Positions 25,140 through 34,524 of a stretch of 53,211 nt of DNA are shown in pieces. This DNA is from an uncultured bacterium (lineage in GTDB: Bacteria; Patescibacteriota; Patescibacteriia; Magasanikbacterales; UBA922). The translations under genes were made by a program, and so were the position numbers. Within the stretch, counting starts at the first letter, position 1, and each line of letters begins with the position of its first letter. A model generated the notes under the pieces. The model had not been told where the DNA came from. It made no database searches and saw only the letters and a list, made by a program, of their open reading frames with translations. The stretch covers positions 1-53,211 of the forward strand of contig CALMAY010000039.1 of the NCBI GenBank assembly GCA_937861125.1, read 5' to 3'.

Positions 25140-25774
25140 AAAAATATATTGTGCAGTATCTCATTCATTTTGTTTGTTTTGTTCATAATTGGTGTTATAA
25201 GTTTCTCACTAAATTGGCTATTGCTGAAAATAATGGATTACACCCAAAACATCGTATATTAAATTATCATAAATTTTTTGTCGATAATGTATTACCTACA
25301 GATCGTGTAGTTGATATTGGTTCTGGTAATGGTGCAAATGCGTATGATGTGGCTAGTAAAGCTGTCGAGGTAGTTGGTATTGATATGAGTGAAAAAAATG
25401 TAGAAAAATCAAAAAAGAAATATATATTACCTAATCTCACATACATTGTTGGTGATGCGACGGTATATCAGTTTGGTCGTCGTTTTGACAAAATTATATT
25501 GTCTAATGTATTGGAACATATTGAACATCGAATTCCATTTTTGCGTTCATTGCACAATATCTCTGATGTTATTTTGTTGCGTGTCCCTATGATTGATCGT
25601 GACTGGGTGGTTGTGTATAAAAAGGAACATGGTATTGACTATCGTCTGGATCCAACTCACTTTATTGAGTTTACTAATGAGAGCTTGAGAAAAGAATTGA
25701 CTGAGGCGGGGTGGATCGTAGAATCACATTCTGTCCAATTTGGAGAGTGGTGGGGTGTACTCAAAAGTGCATAA
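25136..25774 (+). CDS. Class I SAM-dependent methyltransferase
   Basis: VVDIGSGNGANAYDVA (motif I) and ILSNVLEHI. ATGA overlap with the upstream gene. Confidence 0.8.
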   Translation: MKKYIVQYLIHFVCFVHNWCYKFLTKLAIAENNGLHPKHRILNYHKFFVDNVLPTDRVVDIGSGNGANAYDVASKAVEVVGIDMSEKNVEKSKKKYILPNLTYIVGDATVYQFGRRFDKIILSNVLEHIEHRIPFLRSLHNISDVILLRVPMIDRDWVVVYKKEHGIDYRLDPTHFIEFTNESLRKELTEAGWIVESHSVQFGEWWGVLKSA

Positions 25775-25775
25775 T

Positions 25776-25805
25776 TTGACATGTTTTGACCCTTTTTGAT
25801 ACTAT
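25776..25805 (+). promoter_or_regulatory. Internal promoter TTGACA-N18-(TGa)TACTAT
   Basis: TTGACA at 25776-25781. TG at 25797-25798 and TACTAT at 25800-25805. About 20 nt upstream of the ATG at 25825. Confidence 0.5.
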
Positions 25806-25824
25806 ATATGTATATTTTTATAGT

Positions 25825-26070
25825 ATGAAAGCAATTCAACCTCATATCGTGTATACCGCTGAAGAGACGCAGCAATTACTTAAGATCAGCGCAAGTACGT
25901 TTAAACGTCTGGTAAAAAAAGGTTTACTCCGTGCTAATAAAGTTGGTGGACAGTATCGTATTTTGGGTCATGAAATATTGCGAGCTGTTTCACCGGATGT
26001 GGATAAGGGTGCAACTGATGTATATCAAAAAATTAAAACAAAAACAAAAAAAGTTATTCAGAATTGGTAA
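25825..26070 (+). CDS. Excisionase/MerR-type HTH DNA-binding protein
   Basis: YTAEETQQLLKISASTFKRLVKKGLLRANKVGGQYRI. Same fold class as the gene at 13251..13583. Confidence 0.65.
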   Translation: MKAIQPHIVYTAEETQQLLKISASTFKRLVKKGLLRANKVGGQYRILGHEILRAVSPDVDKGATDVYQKIKTKTKKVIQNW

Positions 26071-26076
26071 TTTGTT

Positions 26077-27102
26077 ATGAAACGAGCTCTCATTACTGGC
26101 ATTACGGGGCAGGACGGATCATATCTGGCTGAGTTTTTATTAGAAAAAGGATATGAGGTGCATGGTATTATTCGCCGTTCTAGTTCTTTTAATACAGAAC
26201 GTATTGAACATATTTATCAAGATCCACATGAAAAAAACGTGCGTCTTCGTTTGCATTATGGTGATTTGACTGATGGAAGTAATCTGTGTCGTATTTTGCA
26301 AAAAGTTCAGCCAGATGAAATTTATAACTTGGGTGCACAGAGTCATGTGCGTGTGAGTTTTGATATGCCTGAGTATACTGCTGATGCTGATGGTTTAGGA
26401 ACGCTACGGCTACTCGATGCTATTCGTGAAGAAGGTGTGAAGGTGAAGTTCTATCAGGCAGGGTCTTCAGAAATGTTTGGTTCGACCAATCCACCGCAAA
26501 ATGAAGGTAGTGTCTTTCATCCACGAAGTCCCTATGCGTGTGCCAAAGTATTTGCACACCACACGTGTGTGAACTATCGCGAAGCGTACGGTATGTTCGT
26601 TTGTAATGGTATTTTGTTTAACCATGAATCTCCTCGTCGAGGTGGTACGTTTGTGACAAAAAAAGTGACTCGTGGTTTGGTAGATGTAAAATTAGGAAAG
26701 CAAGAAACATTGTTTCTTGGTAATCTTGATGCGAGACGTGATTGGGGATACGCCAAAGAATATGTGGAGGCTATGTGGCTGATGTTGCAGCAAGACACAC
26801 CTGATGATTATGTTATTGCAACAGGAGAGTCGCATGGTGTGCGAGAATTGGTAGAACATGCTGCCACCTTGGTTGGGTTTGATATAGAATGGAGTGGAAG
26901 CGGTATGGAGGAAAAGGGGATCGACCGAAATACAGGAAACACTATTGTCGCGATTGATCCGCGTTATTACCGTCCTTCGGAGGTTGATGCATTGTGTGGG
27001 GATGCGAGTAAAGCAAAAAAGATGTTAGGTTGGGAACCGAAAGTGACGTTTAAAGAACTTGTTGAGATTATGGTCAGAGCGGAGTTTGATCAGTCAAAAT
27101 AA
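26077..27102 (+). CDS. gmd: GDP-mannose 4,6-dehydratase
   Basis: [47 protein letters not shown] and the downstream [12 protein letters not shown] motif are diagnostic. Confidence 0.95.
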   Translation: MKRALITGITGQDGSYLAEFLLEKGYEVHGIIRRSSSFNTERIEHIYQDPHEKNVRLRLHYGDLTDGSNLCRILQKVQPDEIYNLGAQSHVRVSFDMPEYTADADGLGTLRLLDAIREEGVKVKFYQAGSSEMFGSTNPPQNEGSVFHPRSPYACAKVFAHHTCVNYREAYGMFVCNGILFNHESPRRGGTFVTKKVTRGLVDVKLGKQETLFLGNLDARRDWGYAKEYVEAMWLMLQQDTPDDYVIATGESHGVRELVEHAATLVGFDIEWSGSGMEEKGIDRNTGNTIVAIDPRYYRPSEVDALCGDASKAKKMLGWEPKVTFKELVEIMVRAEFDQSK

Positions 27103-27113
27103 AATACAATAGT

Positions 27114-28076
27114 ATGGAGCTTCATGCTAAAATTTATGTTGCAGGACATTGCGGTTTAGTTGGTTCTGCGATTGTCCGTGCACTTCAGCAACATGGGTAC
27201 AATAATATTGTTGTAAAAACTCATGCTGAGTTAGATTTGCTTTCACAGAATGCTGTTGGGGAATTTTTTGCTACTGAAAAACCTGAGTATGTTTTTTTGG
27301 CTGCTGCCAAAGTAGGTGGCATTTTGGCCAATAATACCTACCCAGCAGAGTTTATCTATCAAAATATTCAAATTCAAAATAACGTTATTCACCAGTCGTA
27401 TGTGCATGGTGTTAAAAAGTTACTTTTTCTGGGATCATCTTGTATTTATCCAAAGCTGTGTCCGCAGCCAATGAAGGAAGAATATTTACTTTCTGGACCA
27501 CTGGAGTCAACCAATGAGCCTTATGCGATTGCAAAGATCGCTGGGATAAAAATGTGCCAGAGCTATAACCGACAGTACGGCACTAATTTCATCGCAGTCA
27601 TGCCGACTAATTTGTATGGCATTGGGGATAATTTTGATTTACAGAATTCTCACGTACTTCCAACGCTGATTCGTAAATTTCATGAGGCCAAAGTGCAAGG
27701 GGATAAAACAGTAACTATGTGGGGCACGGGAACACCTAGACGAGAGTTTCTCTATGTGGATGATATGGCTGAGGGGTGTCTCTTTTTGATGGATCAGTTT
27801 AATCCAACAAAAGAACAAAATGAACGTGGAGATGTGTTTGTCAATTTGGGTACAGGACATGATATTACTATTCGCGAACTTGGTGAATTAGTAAAAAAAG
27901 TTGTTGGATTTCAGGGAGATATTGTTTGGGACACTACGAAACCAGACGGGACACCTCAAAAATTACAGGATATGACCAAGGTGCATGAGTTGGGGTGGAA
28001 ACATACTGTGGCGCTCAGAGAGGGAATTGAAAAAACGTACTCCTGGTATCAATCATTAGAGCAGGCAAAAAAATAA
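27114..28076 (+). CDS. fcl: GDP-L-fucose synthase (GDP-4-keto-6-deoxymannose 3,5-epimerase/4-reductase)
   Basis: [27 protein letters not shown] and PTNLYG motifs. Adjacent to gmd. Confidence 0.9.
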   Translation: MELHAKIYVAGHCGLVGSAIVRALQQHGYNNIVVKTHAELDLLSQNAVGEFFATEKPEYVFLAAAKVGGILANNTYPAEFIYQNIQIQNNVIHQSYVHGVKKLLFLGSSCIYPKLCPQPMKEEYLLSGPLESTNEPYAIAKIAGIKMCQSYNRQYGTNFIAVMPTNLYGIGDNFDLQNSHVLPTLIRKFHEAKVQGDKTVTMWGTGTPRREFLYVDDMAEGCLFLMDQFNPTKEQNERGDVFVNLGTGHDITIRELGELVKKVVGFQGDIVWDTTKPDGTPQKLQDMTKVHELGWKHTVALREGIEKTYSWYQSLEQAKK

Positions 28077-28087
28077 CTTTTGATTAT

Positions 28088-29113
28088 ATGCGTTTTGTTA
28101 TCAATACAAATTATGAATCCGCAGGCACTAAGGTGTGTGTTGATGATTTGATACCAAGATTGGTCGCTGCGGGTCATATTGTTAAACGTAACGATTGGTC
28201 ACACTATGACCAGTATGATGTGGCTCTTTTTATGGCTCCAGATTCAGCAGTAGACATCGCCAAGGCGAGTAATCCAAAGATTCTGACTGGCATTATGGAT
28301 CCTAAACTAACACTCAAACGTCAACGTGAAGAAGCGGTGCGGGCTGATTTTGTCTTGGTGAGTTCTTTGGAACAACGCGATATTTTCTATCGATATAACA
28401 AACAGGTGGTGATTTACTACATGTTTCCACATGTACCAGCACAGAATAAAGTGCACACATCCAAAAAAAGCGAGGAACGTATTCGTATTGGTTACCATGG
28501 TAATAAGTTGCACCTACATTGTATGCAGCCCGTGTCTGCTGCCCTAGACGAGCTATCAGACAAATACCTAATTGAATTTGCACCAATTTATAATGTTAAA
28601 AACTTGGGAAAGTGGACACTTAACCGTCCAAAACGGTGTCCTGTTGTGGATGTACAGTGGCAAGCAGGATCGTTTTATAATGATGTTCATGCCTGTGACG
28701 TGGGCATTATACCGAGTCTTATCCCAATACCACGTACAGCCCAGGTTTTTACCCGTTCATTCTTAAGTTATGTTTGGAATCGTATTGGGTATTTTCGTCA
28801 TGATTATATTCTGCGATTTAAATACTCGACTAATCCGGGTCGTTTGTACGTTTTTAGTCAACTTGGAGTGCCGGTGGTTGCAGATTTTGTTCCATCACAT
28901 GTACAATTTATCGTTGATGGTGTCTCTGGAAGATTGGTGTATTCAAAAGAGAGTTGGTATCAGGCATTAGAAGAACTTATTTTGGATGCACAAAAACGTC
29001 AACGTATGAGTGATGCACTGCGAATGTTTGTTGATTCAACCTATTCACCAGATATTAATTTTAATCATCTCATGGAGTTTATCCAAGAGAGACAAAAGAG
29101 TTTATTTGTATGA
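28088..29113 (+). CDS. Probable GT-B fold glycosyltransferase (uncharacterised)
   Basis: The C-terminal GVPVVADFVPSHVQFIVDGVSGRLV resembles the GT1/GT4 nucleotide-sugar binding region. There is no clear family motif. Confidence 0.4.
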   Translation: MRFVINTNYESAGTKVCVDDLIPRLVAAGHIVKRNDWSHYDQYDVALFMAPDSAVDIAKASNPKILTGIMDPKLTLKRQREEAVRADFVLVSSLEQRDIFYRYNKQVVIYYMFPHVPAQNKVHTSKKSEERIRIGYHGNKLHLHCMQPVSAALDELSDKYLIEFAPIYNVKNLGKWTLNRPKRCPVVDVQWQAGSFYNDVHACDVGIIPSLIPIPRTAQVFTRSFLSYVWNRIGYFRHDYILRFKYSTNPGRLYVFSQLGVPVVADFVPSHVQFIVDGVSGRLVYSKESWYQALEELILDAQKRQRMSDALRMFVDSTYSPDINFNHLMEFIQERQKSLFV

Positions 29114-29751
29114 ACATTATTGCAATAGGGGCACACCTTGATGATATCGAGTTAGCTTGTGGTGGTACACTGGCGCGTGCGGTAAAAAATGGACATAAGG
29201 TAAAAATGCTTGTACTTACCAAATCTGCGTATACTAATTTTGATGGTACTGTGCTTCGTACAGAGGAAGAGGCAATTTTAGAGGGAAAAAATGCTGCGCT
29301 TGCTTTAGGTGTGACTGACTTGCAGGTTATGAATTTTCCAAATAAAAACGTACCTTATGATGGTTCTATCGTTGAAGCAATTGATCGTGTGCTTAATAAA
29401 TTTAATCCAGATATTATCTTTACTCACTGGATGTTCGATACACATCAAGATCATCGTAATGTGTCGTTGGCTACTATATCTGCAGCACGTAATTTCTCTA
29501 ACATATTTTTCTATGAACCGTTTCCACCTTCTGGACGTTCATATATGCCGTTTAAGCCGCAATCCTACATAGATATAAGCCATACATTGGACGATAAAAT
29601 ACGTTCTTTGAAAGCGCATGAGAGTCAATATAAGAAATATGGTGAACACTGGATTGAGGCTACTATTGGGCGCGCTCGTTTACGAGGTTTTGAGCATGGG
29701 TATCTCTATGCTGAGACTTTTGAAGTCTTGCGTAATAGTTTGGATATATGA
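29110..29751 (+). CDS. PIG-L/LmbE family deacetylase
   Basis: IIAIGAHLDDIELACGGTLA and HWMFDTHQDHRNV motifs. Confidence 0.85.
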   Translation: MNIIAIGAHLDDIELACGGTLARAVKNGHKVKMLVLTKSAYTNFDGTVLRTEEEAILEGKNAALALGVTDLQVMNFPNKNVPYDGSIVEAIDRVLNKFNPDIIFTHWMFDTHQDHRNVSLATISAARNFSNIFFYEPFPPSGRSYMPFKPQSYIDISHTLDDKIRSLKAHESQYKKYGEHWIEATIGRARLRGFEHGYLYAETFEVLRNSLDI

Positions 29752-30443
29752 AGGTAACGATCCATCAACCAGAACATCTTGTGTGGCTGGGTTTCTTGGA
29801 TAAAATAGCCCAAGCTGATCTGTATATTATTCTTGATTCAGTTCAGTTTAGTAAAAATAATTTTCAAAATAGAAATAAAATACGTACGGCTAAGGGGTGG
29901 ACATGGGTAACTGTTCCTGTGGAGCAGCATCCACTTGTGACACCTATCAATAATATTAAGATCGCACAGCATCTTTTGTGGCAAAAAAAATATTTAGGTG
30001 GTATCGCTGAGGTGTATCGTAGGACAAAGTATTTTGATGATGTATTTCCTGCATTGTCTCAGATTGTCTCTGCTCCACATAAGACAGTTGTTGAATTGAA
30101 TATGGAGTTGCTAAAGTTTTTATTTTTAATGTTTGATATTCGTACACCCTATGTTTTTTCATCAGACATGACGGCTAGTAAGAGTGGTGTGGCGAGTTCC
30201 GAGCTTATTTTGTCTCTTTGTAAAGAAGTAGATGCAACAATGTATTTGTCTGGATCGGGTGGTAGAAGTTATTTGGATAATGTGGCATTTGAAAAAGCTG
30301 GCATAGGTCTATCTTTTCAATGTTTTCAGCATCCTATATATACACAGGCATTTGAGCCATTTGTAGTGGGTATGTCGAGTATTGATTTATTATTTAACTA
30401 TGGTAAAGAAGGTGCTCAACAAATTCTTTTTCATAATTTTTAA
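29748..30443 (+). CDS. WbqC family protein
   Basis: IHQPEHLVWLGFLDKIAQADLYIILDSVQFSKNNFQNRNKI...WVTVPV matches the WbqC-like signature. Confidence 0.8.
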   Translation: MKVTIHQPEHLVWLGFLDKIAQADLYIILDSVQFSKNNFQNRNKIRTAKGWTWVTVPVEQHPLVTPINNIKIAQHLLWQKKYLGGIAEVYRRTKYFDDVFPALSQIVSAPHKTVVELNMELLKFLFLMFDIRTPYVFSSDMTASKSGVASSELILSLCKEVDATMYLSGSGGRSYLDNVAFEKAGIGLSFQCFQHPIYTQAFEPFVVGMSSIDLLFNYGKEGAQQILFHNF

Positions 30444-30448
30444 TCTCT

Positions 30449-31063
30449 ATGTTTGGACAAGCCATGCAACGCATTATTGAACGATTGGAGTACAGTAATA
30501 TACCGTTATCTACCTATAATGCGGTTGATATTTTTGCTCGCGAAGGAGATTGGCAGACGGTTGCGTATGCACAACATGTTGGCTCACTTGAGGCATGGGA
30601 GGTAGACCCATCATTTATCAATGCGCTACAAGCAAATTTACCACGCGCACATGTTCGTTGTGTGGATTCATACGAAGAAATGAAAAAAGCAGAACATGCT
30701 CATAGATATCAGTTTGTTGTTATTGATAATCCACAAAATTGTTTTGGGGTAAATCGTGAACATTGTGAACATTTCGACGTATTTCCAGAAATATTTAATA
30801 TGTTTGCTGATCACGGGTATTGTATTTTTAATCTCAATCGACAACCGTTTGGGTTTGAAAAATTTCCAGATTGGCAACAGAGACGTAAGGAATTTTATGG
30901 ACGAGAAGATGTTTCATATATCCCATTGCCTTTTTTTGAAGAATTTTACATTAAATTTTTTACAAACCATGGTTTTAAAATACTCTCTTGTCGATTAGAA
31001 TCACGAGGTGATTACGATCATAATGATTATTTACACTATATCTGTCTAGAGTGGTCTCGTTAA
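30449..31063 (+). CDS. Hypothetical protein, possibly Rossmann-fold methyltransferase-like
   Basis: AVDIFAREGDW (motif I-like) and VVIDNPQ (motif IV-like). Weak evidence only. Confidence 0.35.
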   Translation: MFGQAMQRIIERLEYSNIPLSTYNAVDIFAREGDWQTVAYAQHVGSLEAWEVDPSFINALQANLPRAHVRCVDSYEEMKKAEHAHRYQFVVIDNPQNCFGVNREHCEHFDVFPEIFNMFADHGYCIFNLNRQPFGFEKFPDWQQRRKEFYGREDVSYIPLPFFEEFYIKFFTNHGFKILSCRLESRGDYDHNDYLHYICLEWSR

Positions 31064-31065
31064 AT

Positions 31066-32238
31066 ATGTCTGTTTTTACTGTCGTCAAACAACGTATTGG
31101 ACGTCCTTCGATTATATATAATTATAGTCGGGATTTGCAAAAAAAAGCACATGGTAAGGTCTTGTTGTATTACAAGACAGATCCATTTGGGCTGAGTGGT
31201 CGTATGCATGGGTACAAACACGTAAATAATGCTGAAGTGGTTATGATGGTGCGTGCACTCAATACACTTGGATTTGCAGTTGATATCATCGATCGTACTG
31301 CGACGCCAGACCAGCTTGTCTTTCGTGATGAGTATACTCTTTTTATAGGTATTGGTGCAGGGGATTCTGGAAAATATTTTGCCCGTATAGCCGCACAAGT
31401 ACCACGTGCAAAAAAAGTGTTTTACGCTCTTGGTCCGGAGCCAATGTTGAGTAATAATCTTATTCTCAAGCGGTATGATTATTTTTATGAACGTCATCCT
31501 GCATATAAAGACAAAGTACAACTACGCCGCATGATTACTGCCGTTGATATTGATGCTGCAATGAGTTTGGCGGATATAATTTTGTGTTGTGGTGGAGATG
31601 ATTTTGCGGCGGATACATACAAAAAATTTAATAAACCAATATATTCAATTTATCCGTCAAGTGATCCGTTCGCTGATATTCCACCAGTGGTAGACAAAAA
31701 AGATCCGCTTCATTTCCTCTATTTTGGGGGTAACGGTAATATTGTCAAAGGTCTGGATATTGTCTGTGATGTTTTCAGTCAATTACCGGAAAAGTTTCAT
31801 CTTACTATCTGTGCACCAAAAAGTGAGAAAGATTTTAATGAGGTGTTTACTAGAGAATGGGGTAATTGCAAAAATATTAGTTTTATGGGTTTTGTCCGAA
31901 TTGGAAGTCCTGTTCATACGAATCTCATTAAAAGTGCGAGCTATGTCATTTTTCCTTCGTGTTCAGAAGCATGTGCTACATCAGTGAGTGCGTGTTTGCG
32001 TGGTGGACTTATTCCGATTGTGACGCGTGAGACTGGTATTGGTATTGCTTGTGAAATTGGGGTAGAATTACAGTCAGATCGTGTAGAATATATACGTGAC
32101 GTGGTTCAGTCAAAAGAGCAATATACGAAACATGATATTTTAAAACAAGGTATATCCGTATACGAAAAATCTTTCATATTTACTCAGGAATATTTTTATC
32201 ATCAGTTTTTATCCTTTTGTTTACATATTCTTAACTAG
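31066..32238 (+). CDS. Probable GT-B fold glycosyltransferase
   Basis: LHFLYFGGNGNIVKGLDIV ... VIFPSCSEACATSVSACLRGGLIPIVTRETG. The ATG at 31066 avoids overlap with the upstream stop. Confidence 0.5.
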   Translation: MSVFTVVKQRIGRPSIIYNYSRDLQKKAHGKVLLYYKTDPFGLSGRMHGYKHVNNAEVVMMVRALNTLGFAVDIIDRTATPDQLVFRDEYTLFIGIGAGDSGKYFARIAAQVPRAKKVFYALGPEPMLSNNLILKRYDYFYERHPAYKDKVQLRRMITAVDIDAAMSLADIILCCGGDDFAADTYKKFNKPIYSIYPSSDPFADIPPVVDKKDPLHFLYFGGNGNIVKGLDIVCDVFSQLPEKFHLTICAPKSEKDFNEVFTREWGNCKNISFMGFVRIGSPVHTNLIKSASYVIFPSCSEACATSVSACLRGGLIPIVTRETGIGIACEIGVELQSDRVEYIRDVVQSKEQYTKHDILKQGISVYEKSFIFTQEYFYHQFLSFCLHILN

Positions 32239-32244
32239 ATTTTT

Positions 32245-33210
32245 ATGCTTTCTCATCTCAAATCAGTTACTATCAAAAATGGTATCTTAAAATCTGCAGA
32301 TAGTTACACAAAGAAAATAGCTTCTATATATCATAAACAGGGTATTATAGTGTTGTGTTCCACTATCTTGTGTTCATGTGTGCGTTGGACAAAACGTTTT
32401 TTTCGTGAATATATCCCAATGAAGTTGTATGCGCTGCGGGCGGATGCGAACGGTTTGGTGCGATGGCCAGTACAAGATCATATTATGATGTTAAATGTAA
32501 CTGATACAGGTATTTCTCGTGAATTGCTGTTGTACGGTGTACATGAAGCGAATAGTACTCGGGTTGTACAAGAAATCATACGCCCGGGTATGCATGTGTT
32601 GGAGGCTGGTGCCAATGTCGGTTATTATGCGTGCATGCAGGCAAAATTGGTTGGCCCGACTGGGCATGTGTATGCGGTAGAACCATCGCCAGCCAATGTG
32701 AGTATGCTACAAAGGAATATTTTGGAAAATGGATTTACTAATATGACAGTTCTTCAGTCTGCATTTGGTGCAGAAGATGGTGAACAGCCATTTTATGTTG
32801 ATCGTCGTTCAAATTTGTCTAGCTTTGTACGTCGTGATGATCTTGGGGAATATGAATGTATACCAATGAAAATTCAGAGTATCGACACGTATGTGGCTGA
32901 TAAAAAAGTAGATATGATTCGTATGGATGTAGAAGGGTATGAACGTGAGATATTATTAGGCGCAAAAGAAACACTTACTACTCGTCCACCATTATATTTT
33001 TTTATCGAGGTGCATTCTGAGCTACTTGCCAAAAGAAATAGTTCAACCAAAGAAGTGTGTTCATATTTACAGCAGTATGGATATGATATTCATATTGGAT
33101 TTTTCCGAGGTCGTGGTGATGTGGTCGTAAAAAGTATGAGTGAGCTATTTCAACATCCGCAGTGTGAGGTTGGATATTGGGAAATATTTTTTATTCATAA
33201 AAATAAATAG
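32245..33210 (+). CDS. FkbM family methyltransferase
   Basis: VLEAGANVGYYACMQA, VYAVEPSP and MDVEGYEREIL motifs. Confidence 0.8.
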   Translation: MLSHLKSVTIKNGILKSADSYTKKIASIYHKQGIIVLCSTILCSCVRWTKRFFREYIPMKLYALRADANGLVRWPVQDHIMMLNVTDTGISRELLLYGVHEANSTRVVQEIIRPGMHVLEAGANVGYYACMQAKLVGPTGHVYAVEPSPANVSMLQRNILENGFTNMTVLQSAFGAEDGEQPFYVDRRSNLSSFVRRDDLGEYECIPMKIQSIDTYVADKKVDMIRMDVEGYEREILLGAKETLTTRPPLYFFIEVHSELLAKRNSSTKEVCSYLQQYGYDIHIGFFRGRGDVVVKSMSELFQHPQCEVGYWEIFFIHKNK

Positions 33211-33224
33211 AGGAAGTGTGGTGT

Positions 33225-34514
33225 ATGGTGGGTAATTTCTTACAATTTGTCCATAGATTGTATGTGAGGTATTCTACTACAGCTATGCTTCTTGCAATTC
33301 CACAGGTTGTTGCTGTTGTGGTTGGTTTTTCTACATTACCTATCATTTTGAAGCATTTGTCTCACGAAGATTATGGTGCGTTGCAATTTGTTTTAGCTGT
33401 TCAAGCGTGGATTGTGGTATTTTCTGGATCCAATGTAACGACTGGTGCAAAAAAGAGTATTGTGGATGGAAAAGACGGTACACTGTGGTATGCATGCTGT
33501 ATGCGCATGAAACTATTATTTCCATTTGCGTGTTTACTAGGTGTTGGTGCGCTAGTGTTCGAAATAACCGATTATTTTTTTGTTGGGAATTTGGCTAAAT
33601 TATCTTTTTTTGTCAGTATTTTTTTGATAGGCGCGTATGTTCCTAGTGTGACGTATCAGGAATATTTTATTGCTAAAAATAAGTTTAAAGATTTGGCCGT
33701 ATGGCGGATTATTTCTTTGTTAATTATTGGAGGAACTTCAGCGTTTACTGCATGGTATTTTCACAACATTTTTTTCTTTTTTGGACTACAGTTATTGGTA
33801 ACCGCTATCGTAGGGTGGAGTGGTATGATTTGGGTTGGTGTACGTGAAAAAGTTTTTTCTTCGTATAAACGAGGTGAGGTGGATACTGGGTGCTATACAT
33901 ATGGTGTAAAAATGATTCCGTCTCAGATTATTCAGACCACGGCGAGTTCTCTTTCTTCGTTTGTGGTCGGTCCTTTTTTTGGTTTTGTTCAGTTAGCCGT
34001 TTTTTCTGTTGCGTCAAAAATAGAAGTATTGTGCAGAAATTTTCTCACCTCGTCATTATATACTATTTTTTATTCAGATTTTGCGCAGAGGAATCCTGCT
34101 GATGTAAAAAAAATACTCTATCGTTATGGATTGCATACATTCTTAATTTCTTTTTTATTAGGATTTTGTATGTGGTTGTTTGGGTCGATGTATATCTACA
34201 TGTATCTTCCTGAGTCGTATAAGATGGCTTCGGTTTATTTAGGAATTTTAGCCCTAGGATTTCCTGCATATGTAATACAAATTATTCTCAAGACGGTATT
34301 AGAAGCTTTTTGGTTACATAAAGAGTTAATATTTATTGCAATTGTGCCAAATGTATTATTTATTGCAGGTGTTGTTGCGTTCGGTTTTATTATGGGTATT
34401 ATTGGATTCTGCATCGCTACTGTTGTCCATGCGTGGGTAACGGCTTTTTTGTATTGTGTACTTGTTTTTTATAAAGATACAGTAAAGAAATATATGACTA
34501 GGTTTGTTTTATAG
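33225..34514 (+). CDS. Polysaccharide flippase (Wzx / MOP superfamily-like)
   Basis: About 12 predicted TM segments, located in a Wzy-type locus. AGGAAG lies 8 nt upstream of the ATG at 33225. Confidence 0.6.
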   Translation: MVGNFLQFVHRLYVRYSTTAMLLAIPQVVAVVVGFSTLPIILKHLSHEDYGALQFVLAVQAWIVVFSGSNVTTGAKKSIVDGKDGTLWYACCMRMKLLFPFACLLGVGALVFEITDYFFVGNLAKLSFFVSIFLIGAYVPSVTYQEYFIAKNKFKDLAVWRIISLLIIGGTSAFTAWYFHNIFFFFGLQLLVTAIVGWSGMIWVGVREKVFSSYKRGEVDTGCYTYGVKMIPSQIIQTTASSLSSFVVGPFFGFVQLAVFSVASKIEVLCRNFLTSSLYTIFYSDFAQRNPADVKKILYRYGLHTFLISFLLGFCMWLFGSMYIYMYLPESYKMASVYLGILALGFPAYVIQIILKTVLEAFWLHKELIFIAIVPNVLFIAGVVAFGFIMGIIGFCIATVVHAWVTAFLYCVLVFYKDTVKKYMTRFVL

Positions 34515-34524
34515 GTGTAGTTTT

